Source of the DNA: Candidatus Uhrbacteria bacterium
GTDB lineage: Bacteria; Patescibacteriota; Patescibacteriia; UBA9934
DNA length: 58,513 nt
NCBI GenBank assembly: GCA_003518105.1
Contig: DOZH01000006.1
Location: 1-58,513, forward strand
Reading direction: 5' to 3'
The stretch's first letter is position 1. Each line of letters opens with the position of its first letter. Shown here piece after piece: positions 58,401 through 58,513 of the stretch. Below the pieces are notes generated by a model that searched no databases, had not been told where the DNA came from, and was given only the letters and a program-made list of their open reading frames with translations. The position numbers were made by a program, and so were the translations under genes.

Positions 58401-58513
58401 GAAACACTCCTTTGTGCGGTAATACCGTAATGTAAAAGGCTATTTTTAGCAATTAGTGAGGCTCGGGGAGTCGGCCAAGGCTCGGGTTCCCGTCAACGCG
58501 AGACTCGGGGAGT

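Overview
The window is a chromosomal segment of a bacterium using genetic code 11. It is most likely Patescibacteria/CPR, inferred from the missing rpmD in an otherwise complete spc operon, the compact housekeeping gene set and the accessory families present. Housekeeping content: pth, dprA, folC-like, topA, a short RelA/SpoT, parAB, three tRNAs, scpAB, aspS/asnS, recO, ruvX, an ABC-2 exporter, the str-S10-spc cluster (rpsL to map), murA, ndk and two toxin-antitoxin pairs. The strongest signal is a diversity-generating retroelement (DGR) module at 19.95-21.18 kb on the minus strand. It has a promoter-driven target gene with a 121-bp variable repeat (VR, 20563-20683) and a 121-bp template repeat (TR, 19998-20118). 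All 11 mismatches fall on TR adenines. No reverse transcriptase or recognisable Avd is present in the ORF track of the 58.5-kb window, and the TR sits in a stand-alone structured non-coding region. Other leads are a four-gene array at 25.76-28.48 kb in which every gene is followed by a covarying CCCTTC...GAAGGG hairpin module, a structured ~230-nt leader RNA before an RNHCP gene, promoter-ORF-terminator mini-cassettes sharing a 70-bp end, two NYN RNase genes with structured flanks, and several dispersed repeat families. All alignments and pairings were done by eye and no database searches were run.
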